A stretch of DNA of 64,000 nt from Selaginella moellendorffii (Eukaryota; Plantae; Lycopodiophyta): contig NW_003314274.1 in the NCBI RefSeq assembly GCF_000143415.4, positions 562,806-626,805 of the forward strand, in the 5' to 3' direction. The translations under genes were made by a program, and so were the position numbers. Every line of letters starts with the position of its first letter. Position 1 is the stretch's first letter. Positions 1-12,509 of the stretch are shown one piece after another. The notes under the pieces were generated by a model. The model made no database searches. It was given only the letters and a program-made list of their open reading frames with translations, and was not told the DNA's origin.

Positions 1-2010
1 GTTGCCATTATGTTTGAGAGTGTCCGCTAAGATTTTTGCGCCATCTCCACCAATCGGATTGTAGCTCATCTCTAGCTGCTCAAGGAGTTAAGCCCAAGAT
101 CCAAGAGCTAAACCAAACCTTACCGATGTGATGGTGCTGTTGTCTTTCAAGGCATTGGCTATATGAGTGGCACCTGCAGCCGTGATATTGTTTCCTCCCT
201 GACAAGCATACATGTCGTCGATAAGAAACCACGCCGAACTGCTTTTGAACTTACAATATCGATGGTAGAGATTGTCTTGTTCCGCTTTAATGCTTCTGCG
301 ATTTTCTCGGCACCCTGTCACTGTGTTACCAGATTGCAAGAGAGTATTCCGAAAGCTTACTTCGTCACCAATGTCATTCATGTACAAGTTCAGCCACTGT
401 ATACTTTTGCTTTTTTTCATATATTCTGCCACGTAGTAAACCCCTTTAGGACCAATGCTGTTGTTTCCAATATCAAGACTCGAGAGTTTTGCTGAGAAAA
501 ACACCATCGATAAAAGAGCCCCACGAAGAAATTTTTTTTTAATACCTTTGCTTGAAGCCAAACCCTCCATTAAAGTACGAATACCCTCGTTGCCCATGCC
601 GTTCCCATGCAAGTGAATCTCCTACATAAGCTCCCTGCTTCAATACACGGGGGAAACAATGAACGGAATAAGTCACCCTCAAAATTTTATTTTGTTCCAA
701 TCCCTTCGCTAGAGCTAAAGCTCCAAGTGCGCCACCGTAGTTGCCACTGAAACATGAAACAGTTATCCCGATGTAAAGAAAAGCAAGAGAAAATAAGTTA
801 CTTCAGATGCACGCCTCTGATGGTTTTATTTACAATCAAAGCCTCAGCAATAGCAGCAAAACCCTGAAGATAAGAAATTAAAGTGAAAGAAACAGCAAAC
901 TGGAAACCTACTGGATAATCTATCGTATTGTTGTTCAGCTCTAGCACAACCAGAGTCTGGTTACTTTTAAGCGCATTCGCCAAGAGCTTTGCACCCTGCA
1001 ATTAAAATAAAATATGAGAAAAAAGGAATGAAACGAAGGAAAAGAACTAGACCTCGTCACTGATGTTGCAGCTATTTAATTGCAGCTTTTCTAGAGTCCC
1101 ATTCGTCTCCAATATGCCAGCAAAATCCTAAAAACCAATGAGATCTATTAGAAAAACAAAAAGAAAGTCGCAAAGTACCCCTGCTCCATCGTCACCAATA
1201 GGATTTCCAGACATGTTCAGCGTTTTCAAGTGGCTATTGGCGCGCAAGTACTTTCTCATTTCCGACGAGCCTACTGCTGTGATGTTGTTGGCGGAAAAAT
1301 CAGCGTATTCCAGCGACTATGAAGATAAAGATCAGTTCAAAACTGCTTGAAGCAAAGCTCATTCTCACTTTGTTGTATCCAAGGCTCGAAGACAAGATTT
1401 TGATCCCCTCATCGCCAAACTTACGACCTGCAAAGAAAAAGCTTGAACAAAACTCTCCAAGGAAAAAAGAAAAAGAAGCTCACCACTCATGTCAGCCTCG
1501 GGAAATGTTTGCAGCTCTTTGGAAAACTCACGGATCCGAGACATGCTCTCTTGTATGTATTTCTGCGTAGCCTCCGGAGAAGAAGGCTCCAAATTCGTGA
1601 TCTCCTCGGAAGGCCGCGAGGACATCCCACCACCAGACGAGAATTTTCGCACAGCTGCCCATCAAACATAGCCCTGTGATTTAGAACACCAATGCAAAGC
1701 AGCTCAGCTCTAAACTGGAGAAGAAAAGGAAGAAGAACGCACCAAAATATGCCGCTACCAGCAGCAACAGCGCTCCTCCAGTGCCGATTGCTACCTCGGA
1801 AGAGAGAAAATCCACAGGCAAGGAGAACTGCTGTGGCTGCTGCTGCTGCTTGAGACTCGGATTTCGGACAGCTCGCCTGGATCGCGCAGCGCAGCAGGTC
1901 ACAGCGCCACGCATTCGATGCCTTGCCCGCGATGTGGAAGAGCTGGAGCCCGGTTGAATCCATGGCGCAGGGAAAATGTGGATTCTAGCACCGCAGGCCA
2001 CCGGCGCCAT
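1..2010 (-). CDS. RNI-like/NLRC3-type leucine-rich-repeat protein, EMB2004-like, probably plastid-targeted; multi-exon, 3' end runs off the window
   Basis: ATG at 2010 begins a transit-peptide-like N-terminus. Exons carry 28-aa RI-class LRRs (LELNNNTIDYP, LDIGNNSIGPKG, LNLYMNDIGDEG, GGNNITAAGATHIANALKDN) separated by short GT-AG introns. Confidence 0.8.
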
Positions 2011-2076
2011 CAGCCAAACCTCGATAAACCCTAAGCCCCCAAGAGAAAAGATTTTTAGGGTTCTTGAGCTTGAGAA
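2011..2076. promoter_or_regulatory. 66-bp divergent intergenic region with telo-box motifs
   Basis: AAACCCTAA at 2026-2034 and TTAGGGTT at ~2055-2062 lie between two head-to-head ATGs. Confidence 0.5.
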
Positions 2077-2418
2077 ATGCCGCCCTTAAGATTCCCAGAG
2101 CCACACTATGTCCGCCTCAAATTCACGCAGAGGTACGCCTATCTTCGCGTGGAGCGAGGAATCCTCAATCGCCCCTTGATCTCGATCGATAGCCGCTGCA
2201 TCAGGGACGAATTTCCAGATGGATTGAGCGTCGAGAGCAGCGAGAAGCTGGCTGGGATCCTTGCTGCCAAGATCAAAGCCTTCCGGCCCAAAATCCCCAA
2301 GCTCCACCTGGACGTGCTCTACGAGTTCACCAAGAAGGACGAGCGATTCCACCAGAACATAATCGCTGTGGCGGATGTGCTCCAGAAAAATGGCCTGCGC
2401 ATTGCCGGCTATGGCTGA
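2077..2418 (+). CDS. Ribosomal protein uL18-like (L18p/L5e family, organellar type), intronless
   Basis: 113-aa ORF. The pattern PHYVRLKFTQRYAYLRV...SEKLAGILAAKI...IPKL...RFHQNIIAVADVLQKNGLRI parallels plant uL18-like proteins; recognised by eye and divergent. Confidence 0.65.
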   Translation: MPPLRFPEPHYVRLKFTQRYAYLRVERGILNRPLISIDSRCIRDEFPDGLSVESSEKLAGILAAKIKAFRPKIPKLHLDVLYEFTKKDERFHQNIIAVADVLQKNGLRIAGYG

Positions 2419-2503
2419 AATAAAAGTCGTATAGAACCCTAAAATATGTGTTAGAACCCTAAAATCGGGGAGAGGGGGCGGTGCTTCGGCGATCCTGGGC
2501 GCA

Positions 2504-4232
2504 ATGGTTCTCGAGGTAAGCTCCTCGCGATCTTTCACGCCAGGCCTATCTTCTCTTGTGCCAGGCGACGATGATCTGCATAGACAATTCCGAGTGGATG
2601 CGAAATGGGGACTACTATCCGACGAGTAGATTCCAGTCCCAAGCCGATGCTGTCAATCTTATCTGTGGCTCCAAAACGCAGGTTTGTGCGCTCTAGTAGC
2701 TGAGCTAGATCACTGACGATCAAATTGGAGCTCTTTGGATCTTGACAGTCTCATCCAGAGAATACTGTGGGGATTTTAACGACTGGGGGCAAAGGAGTGC
2801 GCGTGCTCGTCACGCCAACGACGGACTTGGGCAAGATCCTTTCGTGTATGCACGGTGAGGAGGAGCTGTTCAAGTAAAGTTTTGCTTTGTCCTTACACTT
2901 TTTTCGTTCTCGTTTTTCCTCGTCCAGGTGTTGAGCTTGGGGGCGAGTCGAAAATCACTTCCGCAGTCCAGATCGCACAGCTTGCGCTGAAACACAGGCA
3001 GAACAAGAACCAACGTCAAAGAATAGTGCTCTTCGTTGGAAGGTAGCTCACCTATGAACTCATGTTGTGGTAAACCTTCGTCTTTTTGTTTCTTGTAGCC
3101 CTGTGGCAGCCGAGAAGAAAATACTCGAGACTATAGGCAAGAAGCTGAAGAAGAACAATGTAGCTTTGGACATCGTCGAGTTTGGCCAGGAGGACGATAC
3201 CAAGAGCGAGAAGCTAGAAGCACTGCTAACGTCTGTCAACAGCAACGACAACAGCCACATTGTCCATGTCCCGCCATCCTCAGAAGTTCTCACCGATGCG
3301 CTTCTCAGGTTTGTTGCTCAGCGTTTCTTTCTTCAGAATCAAAGCACTGATTGATTCATTGGAACAGCTCGCCGATATTTGAGGGCGATGGAGAGGGTGG
3401 CAGTGGCTTTGCAGCAGCCGCAGCAGCGGGAGTAGCAGCGGCCGCGGCCGCTGCTGCCGGTGGAGCTGGTGGCTTCGAGTTTGGTGTCGATCCAAACTTG
3501 GATCCGGAGCTGGCCTTGGCTCTTCGTGTCTCGATGGAGGAGGAGCGCGCAAGGCAAGAAGCAGCGGCCAAGCGAGCTGCCGACGAGCAAGCTCCTGATG
3601 GTGCACCAAAAGGAGAGACCTCTGGCGCTGTTGCTCCTCCGAGTGACGCTCCCGCTGCAGTTTCGACTGAGAAGGGGCCGGACGTTGTGATGGTAAACAC
3701 TTTTTTGTTCTTCTTACCTTTTTCATGGCTGAATTTGTTTCTTAGGACGATGAGTCTGCTTTACTGGCTCAAGCCTTGGCAATGTCGATGAATGACGCGG
3801 TGGGAACTTCTGGTACCAGCGCCGATGACACGAATATGACTGAAGCTGTGGGAGAAGATCAGGACCTCGCATTCGGTACGGTCTTTGTTCTTTCTTCGTT
3901 TCTCTTTGACGAACTTCGGCGTGTGCAGCACTCGAGATGTCCATGCAAGGCGAAGGCAGCGAAGGTGACATGAACAAAGTGTTGGGCGATCCGAGCTTCA
4001 TGAACTCTATTCTGGCCTCGGTAAAGCATATACTTACTGCATGCTCATCTCACAATTTTGGTCTTGATAACAGCTCCCTGGAGTTGATCCGAATGATCCG
4101 TCAGTGCGAGACGTTTTAGCTGCACTACAAGCGGAGGAAGAGGTAGAAAAACTCCCTCTTATGCTAGTTCTCATTAGAATCATCTGGCAGGAAGTACGCA
4201 AGCAGCAGAACGACTCCTCCGAAAAGCATTGA
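2504..4232 (+). CDS. RPN10: 26S proteasome ubiquitin receptor RPN10 (vWA + UIMs), multi-exon
   Basis: MVLE|[17 protein letters not shown] start; [25 protein letters not shown]; [26 protein letters not shown]; [11 protein letters not shown]; TGA at 4230-4232. Confidence 0.95.
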
Positions 4233-4331
4233 TTAATTGGAAATGGTGATCTCCATTTGTTACTCAAAGCTAGAATCAAGCTAGAACTTTTCTTGTCAAA
4301 TCCTCGCTTGGATACAAGGATGGGTTTTTCC

Positions 4332-4530
4332 TCTTAGATGAAGATCATATTAGCTTATGAACACTGGAAATGTCTTCTTAGATCATAGATTAACACTCTT
4401 TGTCATGAAGCATCATCTTAGATCATAGCAGCTTAGAACAAAACTAAGTGTCTTCTTAGATCAGAGCAGCTTAGAACAACTCTTTTTCATGAAAGTATCT
4501 TCTTAGATCATAGCATCTTAGCACAACACT
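4332..4530. repeat. Degenerate tandem repeat with core TCTTAGATCA(T/G)AG between the convergent RPN10 and HSP90 3' ends
   Basis: The core recurs at ~4376, 4416, 4454 and 4501 (partial at 4332), usually followed by CAGCTTAGAACAA or ACTCTT. Confidence 0.7.
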
Positions 4531-4566
4531 CTTGAAACTAATCCCAAAATTCGTGAAAAATCGTGT

Positions 4567-6888
4567 CTAGTCGACCTCCTCCATCTTGCTTCCCTCGGCG
4601 TCCGCGCCCTCCTCCAGCGGCGGCATGTCCACATCCGCGTCCGCTCCAGCACCAACATCGTCGTCAATGCTCAGCCCCAGCTTGAGCATCCGGTGGATCC
4701 TCGACCCGAAAGTGTTTGGATCGTCCAGGCTGAATCCCGACGTGAGCAGCGCAGTCTCGAACAGCAGCAGCACCAAATCCTTCACCGCCTTGTCGTTCTT
4801 GTCCGCGTCCGCCCGCTTCCTCAGCTCCTCCATGATCGAGTTGTCCGGGTTGATCTCCATCGTCTTCTTCGAGCTCATGTAACTCGACATGGAGCTGTCC
4901 CGGAGCGCCTGAGCTTTCATGATCCTCTCCATGTTGGCGGTCCATCCATACTCGCCGGTAACCAGGCAGCACGGCGAGTCCACGATCCTGTCCGAGACCA
5001 CCACCTTCTCGACCTTCTCGCCCAGGATGTCCTTGATCACCTTGCACAGCCCCTCGAACGCCGCCTTCTTCTCCTCGAACTTCTTCTTCTCGTCGTCCGT
5101 GTCCTCGAGCTTGAGCCCCTCCTTGGTGGCCGAGACCAGCTTCTTGCCGTCGTACTCCTTGAGCTGCCCGACCGCGTACTCGTCGATCGCGTCCACCATG
5201 TAGAGAACCTCGTATCCTTTGCGCTTGAGCCTCTCCAGGAACGGGGAGTTCTCGACCGCCTTCTTGCTCTCGCCCGTGATATAGAAGATGTCCTTCTGGC
5301 CCTCCTTCATCCGGGTCACGTAGTCCTTGAGGCTCGTCATCTCGTCGCCGCTCTTGGTCGAGTGGTAGCGGAGCAAGTCGGCCAGCTTCTGCCGGTTCTG
5401 GCTGTCCTCGTGGATCCCCAGCTTGATGTTCTTGGAGAAAGACTCGTAGAACTTGTTGTAGTCCTCCTTGTTCTCCGCGATCTCAGCGAACATCTCCAGG
5501 CATTTCTTCACCAGGTTCTTCCGGATCACCTTGAGGATCTTGTTCTGCTGGAGCATCTCGCGGGAGATGTTGAGCGGCAGGTCGTTCGAGTCCACCACTC
5601 CCTTGACGAAGGCAAGGTACTCGGGGATGATCTCCTCACAGTTGTCCATGATGAACACCCGGCGCACGTAGAGCTTGATGTCGTTAAGCTTCTTCCTCGT
5701 GTCGAAGAGGTCAAAGGGAGCCCGCTTGGGAACGAACAGGATAGCCCGGACTCGAGCTGCCCCTCCACTGCAAAATGCTTCACAGCCAGATGGTCTTCCC
5801 AGTCGTTTGTCAAGCTCTTGTAGAAGGCACCATACTCCTCCTTGGTGATCTCATCGGGCTTCCTCATCCAGATCGGCTTCTGGGTGTTGACAAGGCTCCA
5901 CTCGTGAGACACCTCCTTCACGGTCTTCTTCTTCTTCTTCTCCTTCTCCTTGTCTTCGTCAACCTCCTCGATCTTTCCTTCCTCATCGTCCTTCTTCTCT
6001 TCCTCCTCCTCGTCATCCGAGATCTCCTTCTCGGTCGTCTTTTCAACCCAGACGGAGATGGGATAGCTGATGAACTCGGAGTGCTTCTTGATCAGATCCT
6101 TGAGCCTCCTCTCCTCGAGATATTCAAGCTGGCGCAGTATGAAAAAGTTTAGTCACAGGGATAAAGTCTCAAACAGCAAAAACACAAAAACACACCTGAT
6201 CCTCCTTGAGATAGAGAACAATCTTCGTTCCACGTCCCAGCCTCTCGCCAGTGGTGTCCCGGGTCACGGTGAACGAACCACCGGCTTCAGACTCCCAGAT
6301 GTACTGTTCGTCATCGTTGTGCTTGGTCGTCACCACGACCTTCTCGGCCACCAAGTAAGCCGAGTAGAAACCAACACCAAACTGACCGATCATGGACACA
6401 TCGGCGCCAGCGGCCAAGGCTTCCATGAACTCCTTGGTGCCAGACCTGGCAATTGTGCCGAGGTTGTTCACGAGATCTAGAAAGAATGAGCATACAAGTA
6501 AGAACTCCGGCTAGGAAGAACTGGAAGCTAGAAACTTACCGGATTTCGTCATTCCAATACCGCTGTCGATGATGGTCAGGGTCTTGCTGGCCTTGTCGGG
6601 GATGATGTGGATGAAGAGCTCCGGCTGGCTCTCAAGCTTACTCTTGTCAGTGAGGCCTTCGAAGCGGATCTTGTCGAGAGCCTGGAGTCACAGCGGCGCA
6701 GCATGAGAAGAAGAAAGAGTTTGACAAGAACTGGAAGAACAAGGAGGCGAAATACTCACATCCGAGGCATTGCTGATGAGCTCCCGCAAGAAAATCTCCT
6801 TGTTGCTGTAGAAAGTGTTGATGATGAGACTGAGAAGCTGGTTGATCTCAGCCTGGAACGCGAAGCGCTCGACGTCGCCTTCCGCCAT
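4567..6888 (-). CDS. HSP90: Cytosolic HSP90; one apparent 1-bp deletion at ~5750 (pseudogene allele or sequencing error)
   Basis: [40 protein letters not shown] start; [15 protein letters not shown]; C-terminal MEEVD; three short introns; frame break at [15 protein letters not shown]. Confidence 0.95.
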
Positions 6889-7010
6889 AGCTAGCTCTCT
6901 CTCTCGCAAAATCTCACAAACGATCAAAGCAACCCTACCAAGAGAAGCCGCTCCTTGAATTTAAGCTGCTTAGGCCAAGGACAGCCGTCCGATCGTCCAT
7001 CAAACGGCCA

Positions 7011-7033
7011 TTCCAGGTCCTTCTAGAGCCTTC
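7011..7033. promoter_or_regulatory. Heat-shock element (step/imperfect type) upstream of HSP90
   Basis: TTC at 7011, 7021 and 7031 (10-bp phase), including TTCtaGAGccTTC, about 125-145 bp upstream of the HSP90 ATG. Confidence 0.55.
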
Positions 7034-7096
7034 TCTTTGAGAGACCTAAAACGCTGGTGTATATTCTTAGAATCTCCACGCCCTAGAAGTATATAC

Positions 7097-8565
7097 TTAC
7101 TCTTTAAACTTGTACGAGACCAAGAAGATGACCCAGTTTGCAATGCCCAGCGCGGCGAGCAGCCAAAAGAAGTAATCCAAATGCCCATTGTTGAGATCTC
7201 GCGGGATCCATCCTTGCTCTCCAGTGATGCTCGACGTGATGCCCACCAGGAATCCGGAAAGAAAACTCCCCACCGACGATGAGAAGAACGCCATGGCCGC
7301 GGCCACAGTTCTCAAGTTCTCGGGAGCTTGATCATAGAGAAACTCGATCAATCCCACGCAGTAGAAAACTTTCGAGCAGCCAACAAGCACGAACTGGGGG
7401 ATTTGCCACAAAACATTGATCTGAACTCGCTCATTGTGGAAACCCGCGAGACGATTTGCTTCCAGCACCGCCGCACACGCCATAGCCGCGGTCATCATGA
7501 CAAGCCCGGCTCCCCATCCTCTGGAACAACGTAAAACCTCGCGAGTTCCCCGTCGCTCGACGCATCATCGGGACCAAGACTCGATCGTAGACGACCATCC
7601 ACACCAAAACGCTGATCGGATCGAACGAGTTGAGCGATGCCGGCGGGACGCGAAAGCCGCCAACTATTGTGTCCATGAGCGCGGCCTGCTCGACAAAGAG
7701 CGAGAAAGTTTGCGTTTTCATTGTCTCGTACACCACCGATCCGAGCCACACCACCAAAATCCCCGCCAAGTTGGAATGATCACCCTTGTGAGATCCACGC
7801 TGCAGGAGCCTGGCGAATGGGTTTCCTGTCAAGCTGGGAGCATATCGATAGAACTTGGCGCCGCTGGAAAATACCATGATCCCGAAAAGAATCACCCCCG
7901 TGCAAACGAAAAGAGCACTGCTAAAACCCAGCCGATCTCCGATATACACCACTCCCACCACTGCCAGGAGAAGACCCAGGGACGTGCTAAAGTTACTCCA
8001 ATTGAAATTCAAGAACATTGCATAGCAATTCTTTGCAGGAATTTCCAGCAATTGGGAAGGATGCTCATGGAGATTCAAGTGCCTAGTCGCAGAGAAGGAG
8101 GAGCCTGGCAGTTTAGGTCCAAGACCACATGCTAGAGGCAAGATTGAAGCCATAGCAAGAAGCAAAGAGTGTGCAAGCAAGTCCAAGACCAAGAACCAAG
8201 TTTTGGGTAGTTGATTGATGAGTTTTCATATGCTTTTCTCATCAGCTTTCCATGCTCATCATCTCAGACTAGCTAGGCACGATTCAGGCTTAGATTCAGA
8301 CTGGAATCAGCCGCCTGATCGTGAGTGGGAGTGTTAGAGGTAGAGATGATGTGGCAGTAGTTATGCCCACGTGGCAGTAGCTTTATGTATATGTACACAA
8401 TCATATACAGTTATATATATACAGTTCTTCCTCCTCGTGTGCGCATCTCTCCGCTGCTAACAAGTAATCCAAGCTCCCGTCCTCGACGAATTTCTCCCCC
8501 TGAGCATGCAAGATTAAAGGATCTCTGCGAGATCTTTCTTCATCTTCGTCTCCATGGCAAGCCAT
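7097..8565 (-). pseudogene. NPF/PTR (POT) transporter pseudogene
   Basis: N-terminus MACHGDEDEERSRRDPL...EDGSLDY at 8565-8463. The 3' half (7097-~8012) is near-identical to the other NPF copies. There is an extra base at ~7512 (frameshift), and about 155 codons are replaced by a retroelement fragment. Confidence 0.9.
8015..8462 (+). mobile_element. 3' end of an LTR retroelement (Copia/TRIM-like) with a 131-bp LTR at 8332-8462
   Basis: Purine tract GAGTGGGAG (8323-8331) is followed immediately by TGTTAG...CTAACA inverted termini with an internal TATATATA. NPF homology resumes directly after 8462. Confidence 0.7.
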
Positions 8566-9239
8566 GAGACTTGGAAGATCTGGGCTATATTCTAATAGTA
8601 TTCCAGTTCTTTTAGTGGTAGTTAAAAGGCTTTTGTCATGTGCATTGACTTCTTTAAAGTATTTTCTACTTTACCCTTAAAATACACTTGTTTTTTGAAA
8701 AATTTATATCTTTGATATAATCCTCTAAAAGAATGCTTATACTTGTGATTTAATTTACCTCACTTTCGAGCAAGTGGCTCTTTTCTTTCAATCATTTGTT
8801 CATGACATGTGTTATTACATGATGATAGTATGATTTTAAATTACACTTCGCTAGCTATTGAATTTGACCTAACAATGCACTTAAATCACGCTTTTGTGAT
8901 CTGTTAGTGAAGGCTTAGTTGCAAAGCTTGAGAGGTGGTGAACTTACAAACTTAGGAAATCTCTTTGAGGTGGATGATTAGCAATGGAACTCAACATTAT
9001 CATGTTAGAGTAAATCACCTAAAACCACAGATAGAATTAATTTGTTGTATAAATTTATGCCATTTTTAAGATCGATATCTCATTTCCATTCTCTCTTTTC
9101 ACATAGTTATAAAGCATTAATGTCTTATCTACTTCATCATTTGTATGATTTATAGTCAAATTTTTGTTTTCCATTTCTTTGTCAAAAATTCTCCCTGTGA
9201 TCAGGAATCCATTCATAAAGTTTAAAGCAACAGATCACA

Positions 9240-10800
9240 TTGATGGTATTGCCAACATTTTAAATTGGAAAATGAAAGTTCTCACATAACTTATGAAAAA
9301 ATGGATTTATGGATTACATTGGTTTTCATAATACTCATATTATAAAGGGAGAAAAGGCAAAAGCTAAAACATAAGATTTTGATAGTAAGGGTGAGATGGA
9401 TATTGTAAATTTTGATATTAGGAATATAAAGTTCAAGGCATTATGGAATCTATGTTTCTGATTCTATTATTGCAAAGCTAGAATATAGATTTATAAAAGA
9501 CCTATGGGAGTTATTTGAGAAAAAATACCAATAACTTACCACAACTTGGGTATCAGTATACTAAATTAAAGTTCTTTATCTAAAGCTCAAAGATAGAGAA
9601 ATATTTTGTTTACTTCATATATATTTGGCCAATTTTTTAAAATCTGATCAAGATGTTTGTGAGGAGCAGAAGATCCTATACTTTAACCATTTTTTTCTAG
9701 AGAAGTATGACTATCTAATAGTCATAGTTGAGATTGTGCAACACTGAGAGTTATAGAAGAAAAGATTAAGTTGCATTTGTAATCATAATCAATCAAAACA
9801 CCTACTTGCCAAAGCATTTCAAGTATTCTTAGAAGTGTTAGTGTGGTTGCCATAACTGCATACAAAACTAAAGCTTGAGGGAAGTACTCAATTTCCTTGT
9901 GATGCTAATAATTCTTCGAGTGATTTTAAAAAGGAGGTATCATGTATGATCACTGCAAAAAATGAGGCCATTAAAGCAAAACTCTCAAAAAGGACAACAG
10001 AATGCCTTGCGTTGATTAGTGATTATAAAATGATATTTACTTTATCTATTTCATAATTTTTTTTAATTCTTTGAGTGTCAATTCATGAGTAAATTGATCA
10101 ATAAGGAGTGGTTTCAAAAAATAAGGGTAACTGATTGAATTTTTGTGGTTTTCAATAGTTAAAAGATAAAGGCATATAGTTATTTCTTTTAGAAATAATT
10201 TTATATTAATTATAAAAAATTATACCTCTGATATGATTAATAATTTATTATCTATTCTTTCATTGACAGACTTTCAACAAAACTTGCTGCTATATACTCC
10301 ACGATTTTACTAGTGAGGTGATACTTATTAGATATAGAAAATATAATCTTTATAAAATATAACTTTCTATTGTATAATAAGATTTTAAAGTTTACTTCTA
10401 AGGATTTAAGAATCAATAATCTTCGAATTTTTTTTGTCAAAATACTTTTGGAGTTGGCACAATCAAATATAGATGGACTTTTGCAATCTAAACATTAAGT
10501 GGTAAACTTTATATGTTTAATTCATTAATGATTTTATTTATTATACTTCAATATTGTTTTGGAGAGTTAAACAATTTAGAGATGGAGAGCTATGACTGAA
10601 GTATCACCAAGGAAAAGCTACTCATTCTTAAGACTAATTTTGTGATGAATATTTATTACATGAATTTTTTGAATAATATGCTAACACATGGATAAAGTAT
10701 AACTTATTATACACAAGAATAAAATGCTTTACTTGGGTAGTGAAATAATACAATAGTGGAAGAAACAAAAATCATATTAATAACAACAATATCATTAAAT
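9240..10800 (+). mobile_element. Heavily decayed Ty1/Copia-like gag-pol remnant
   Basis: No ORF survives. Eroded motifs appear in Copia order: zinc-knuckle-like (~9945-9975), integrase SD..GP/FIDD-like (~10465-10535), LRTD..GE-like (~10625-10650), YT.EQN-like (~10705-10727). Confidence 0.4.
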
Positions 10801-12123
10801 TCCCATTTAATAACATTTAAAAATTTTAAAAAAAATATTTAATCAAATATTCCTTTAGTTGCAATACTTAAATATATGAGTGCTTGGGATATAAGAATAG
10901 ATATATTAATTAAGGTTTAATATATATAAGAATGGATGGACTAGATTCAATCCTAAATTGGCGATCCATATACTATATTACTATCGTTAGTGTATTATCT
11001 AGGTAGGGTAATACATGTATATATATATATTTATAAACCTTACACTATAATTCCTTCCAAAAGATGAAAAGGTGATGATAATAAATCAAATGGAACATCT
11101 AAAGCTTTTGCTAAGTGATTATAAATTATTATAAGAATCTAAAGTTCATATAAAACCATCAACAATATTGCTGACAACCATAATTAAAACAAAATCCAAA
11201 GCCATAGCACAAACATCAATCATTCACAGAATCTCAATGAATTAATTGCAACTTCATATATAATTGCCAAATGCTAAAACTAACTATGAAGCCATAATTT
11301 TGAACTAAAGCAAGGGACTTTGAGAACCATAATAGTCCATAAAGCACATTGCAATAAACATAACATCCCATCTTTAAATTTACTTGTTGATAATCCTTTA
11401 AGACCATCATTAACTCAGACTTACAACTATAAACAAAACTTATATTTGCATCTTCCCTTCGATTAACATTTGAGATCTGTATTAATTTAAACTCACAATT
11501 GTTGTCTTTGTTTAGCACCACACATGAGAAGTTAGACTCACTCCATTTGTCTTTCACATCCTCTTTAACCTCTTCTTGAAGGAAAAAAAACCTTTAAACC
11601 ACTAACTCCATTCAAAATTTATTGTATTTATCCTCTCTATATTTGGCCTCACTCCATTATTACATCCATTTAATCTCACTATATTGGGGTTAAATGTTTC
11701 ATTTAGACTTGCTATATTCATCCTCACTCCATAATTTATGTCATTTGTCCTTGCTCCACTATCGTATTTGCTTGTCCTTATTCCATTGTCAAAACTAGAC
11801 TCCATCCATCCCTTTTACCCCCTCCTCCAAAGAAAAAAAAGTTTAAAGTGTCAGGGCAAAAATAAAGAAGTGAGAAAAAAGGAGGAAAATATATTGTGGA
11901 AGAAAAAAAGTGGATAAAGAAGCATTAAAAAAGAAAATTTCAGGGGAGAAAAAAAGAAAATATATTTAAAGCCTAGAGAATAAAAAATCTGCTATGATAA
12001 AATACTTTAGTTAGCATGAGATAAGGAAAAAATTCACACCACTTAACTTCCTCAACACACAATTCAACACTTGAGATAGAAAAATCAATAAATAATTTCA
12101 CACTCTCAAAGGAACTTATAAAC

Positions 12124-12509
12124 TGTCAGGAATCCCCCAATTCATACCACATTCCTGAATCTCGCTGGATTCCTGACTTACAGACCACATTCCTGATTCT
12201 CGAGACACTTCCCTATTCCTGACTCTCAAGACTTTTTCCCATTCCTAACTCTCTGATTTCCTGTACGATTCCTGAGTCTTGAGCCACATTCCTGATGATG
12301 ATGTAGTGCTTCCTCGACCTCAACTATATTTAGGCTATCCTCGATCCAAGAGTGGTGGAGCTTCATCAACCTATAGTATATATGGGTTAGCCTTGTTCCA
12401 TTTCTCCACAATTTAAATCAACACCAGTCTAGGCCTCTTCTTTGTTTCCATTAGTTTTTCTCTTTGTCTTTTGCATTTTCTAGTCTTGATCTTGTTGGGG
12501 GTCTTGACA
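12124..12509 (+). repeat. 5' LTR (386 bp)
   Basis: TGTCAGGA...TCTTGACA; repeated ATTCCTGA motifs in U3; TATATAT at ~12377; 26-bp internal insertion relative to the 3' LTR. Confidence 0.95.

Noticed and set aside
4693-5823. 376-aa ORF antisense to HSP90
   Set aside because: Shadow ORF expected from extreme GC3 codon bias; no independent motifs.
12150-12300. Regularly spaced ATTCCTGA motifs resembling a repeat-spacer array
   Set aside because: Short U3 sub-repeats inside an LTR of a eukaryotic retroelement; not CRISPR.
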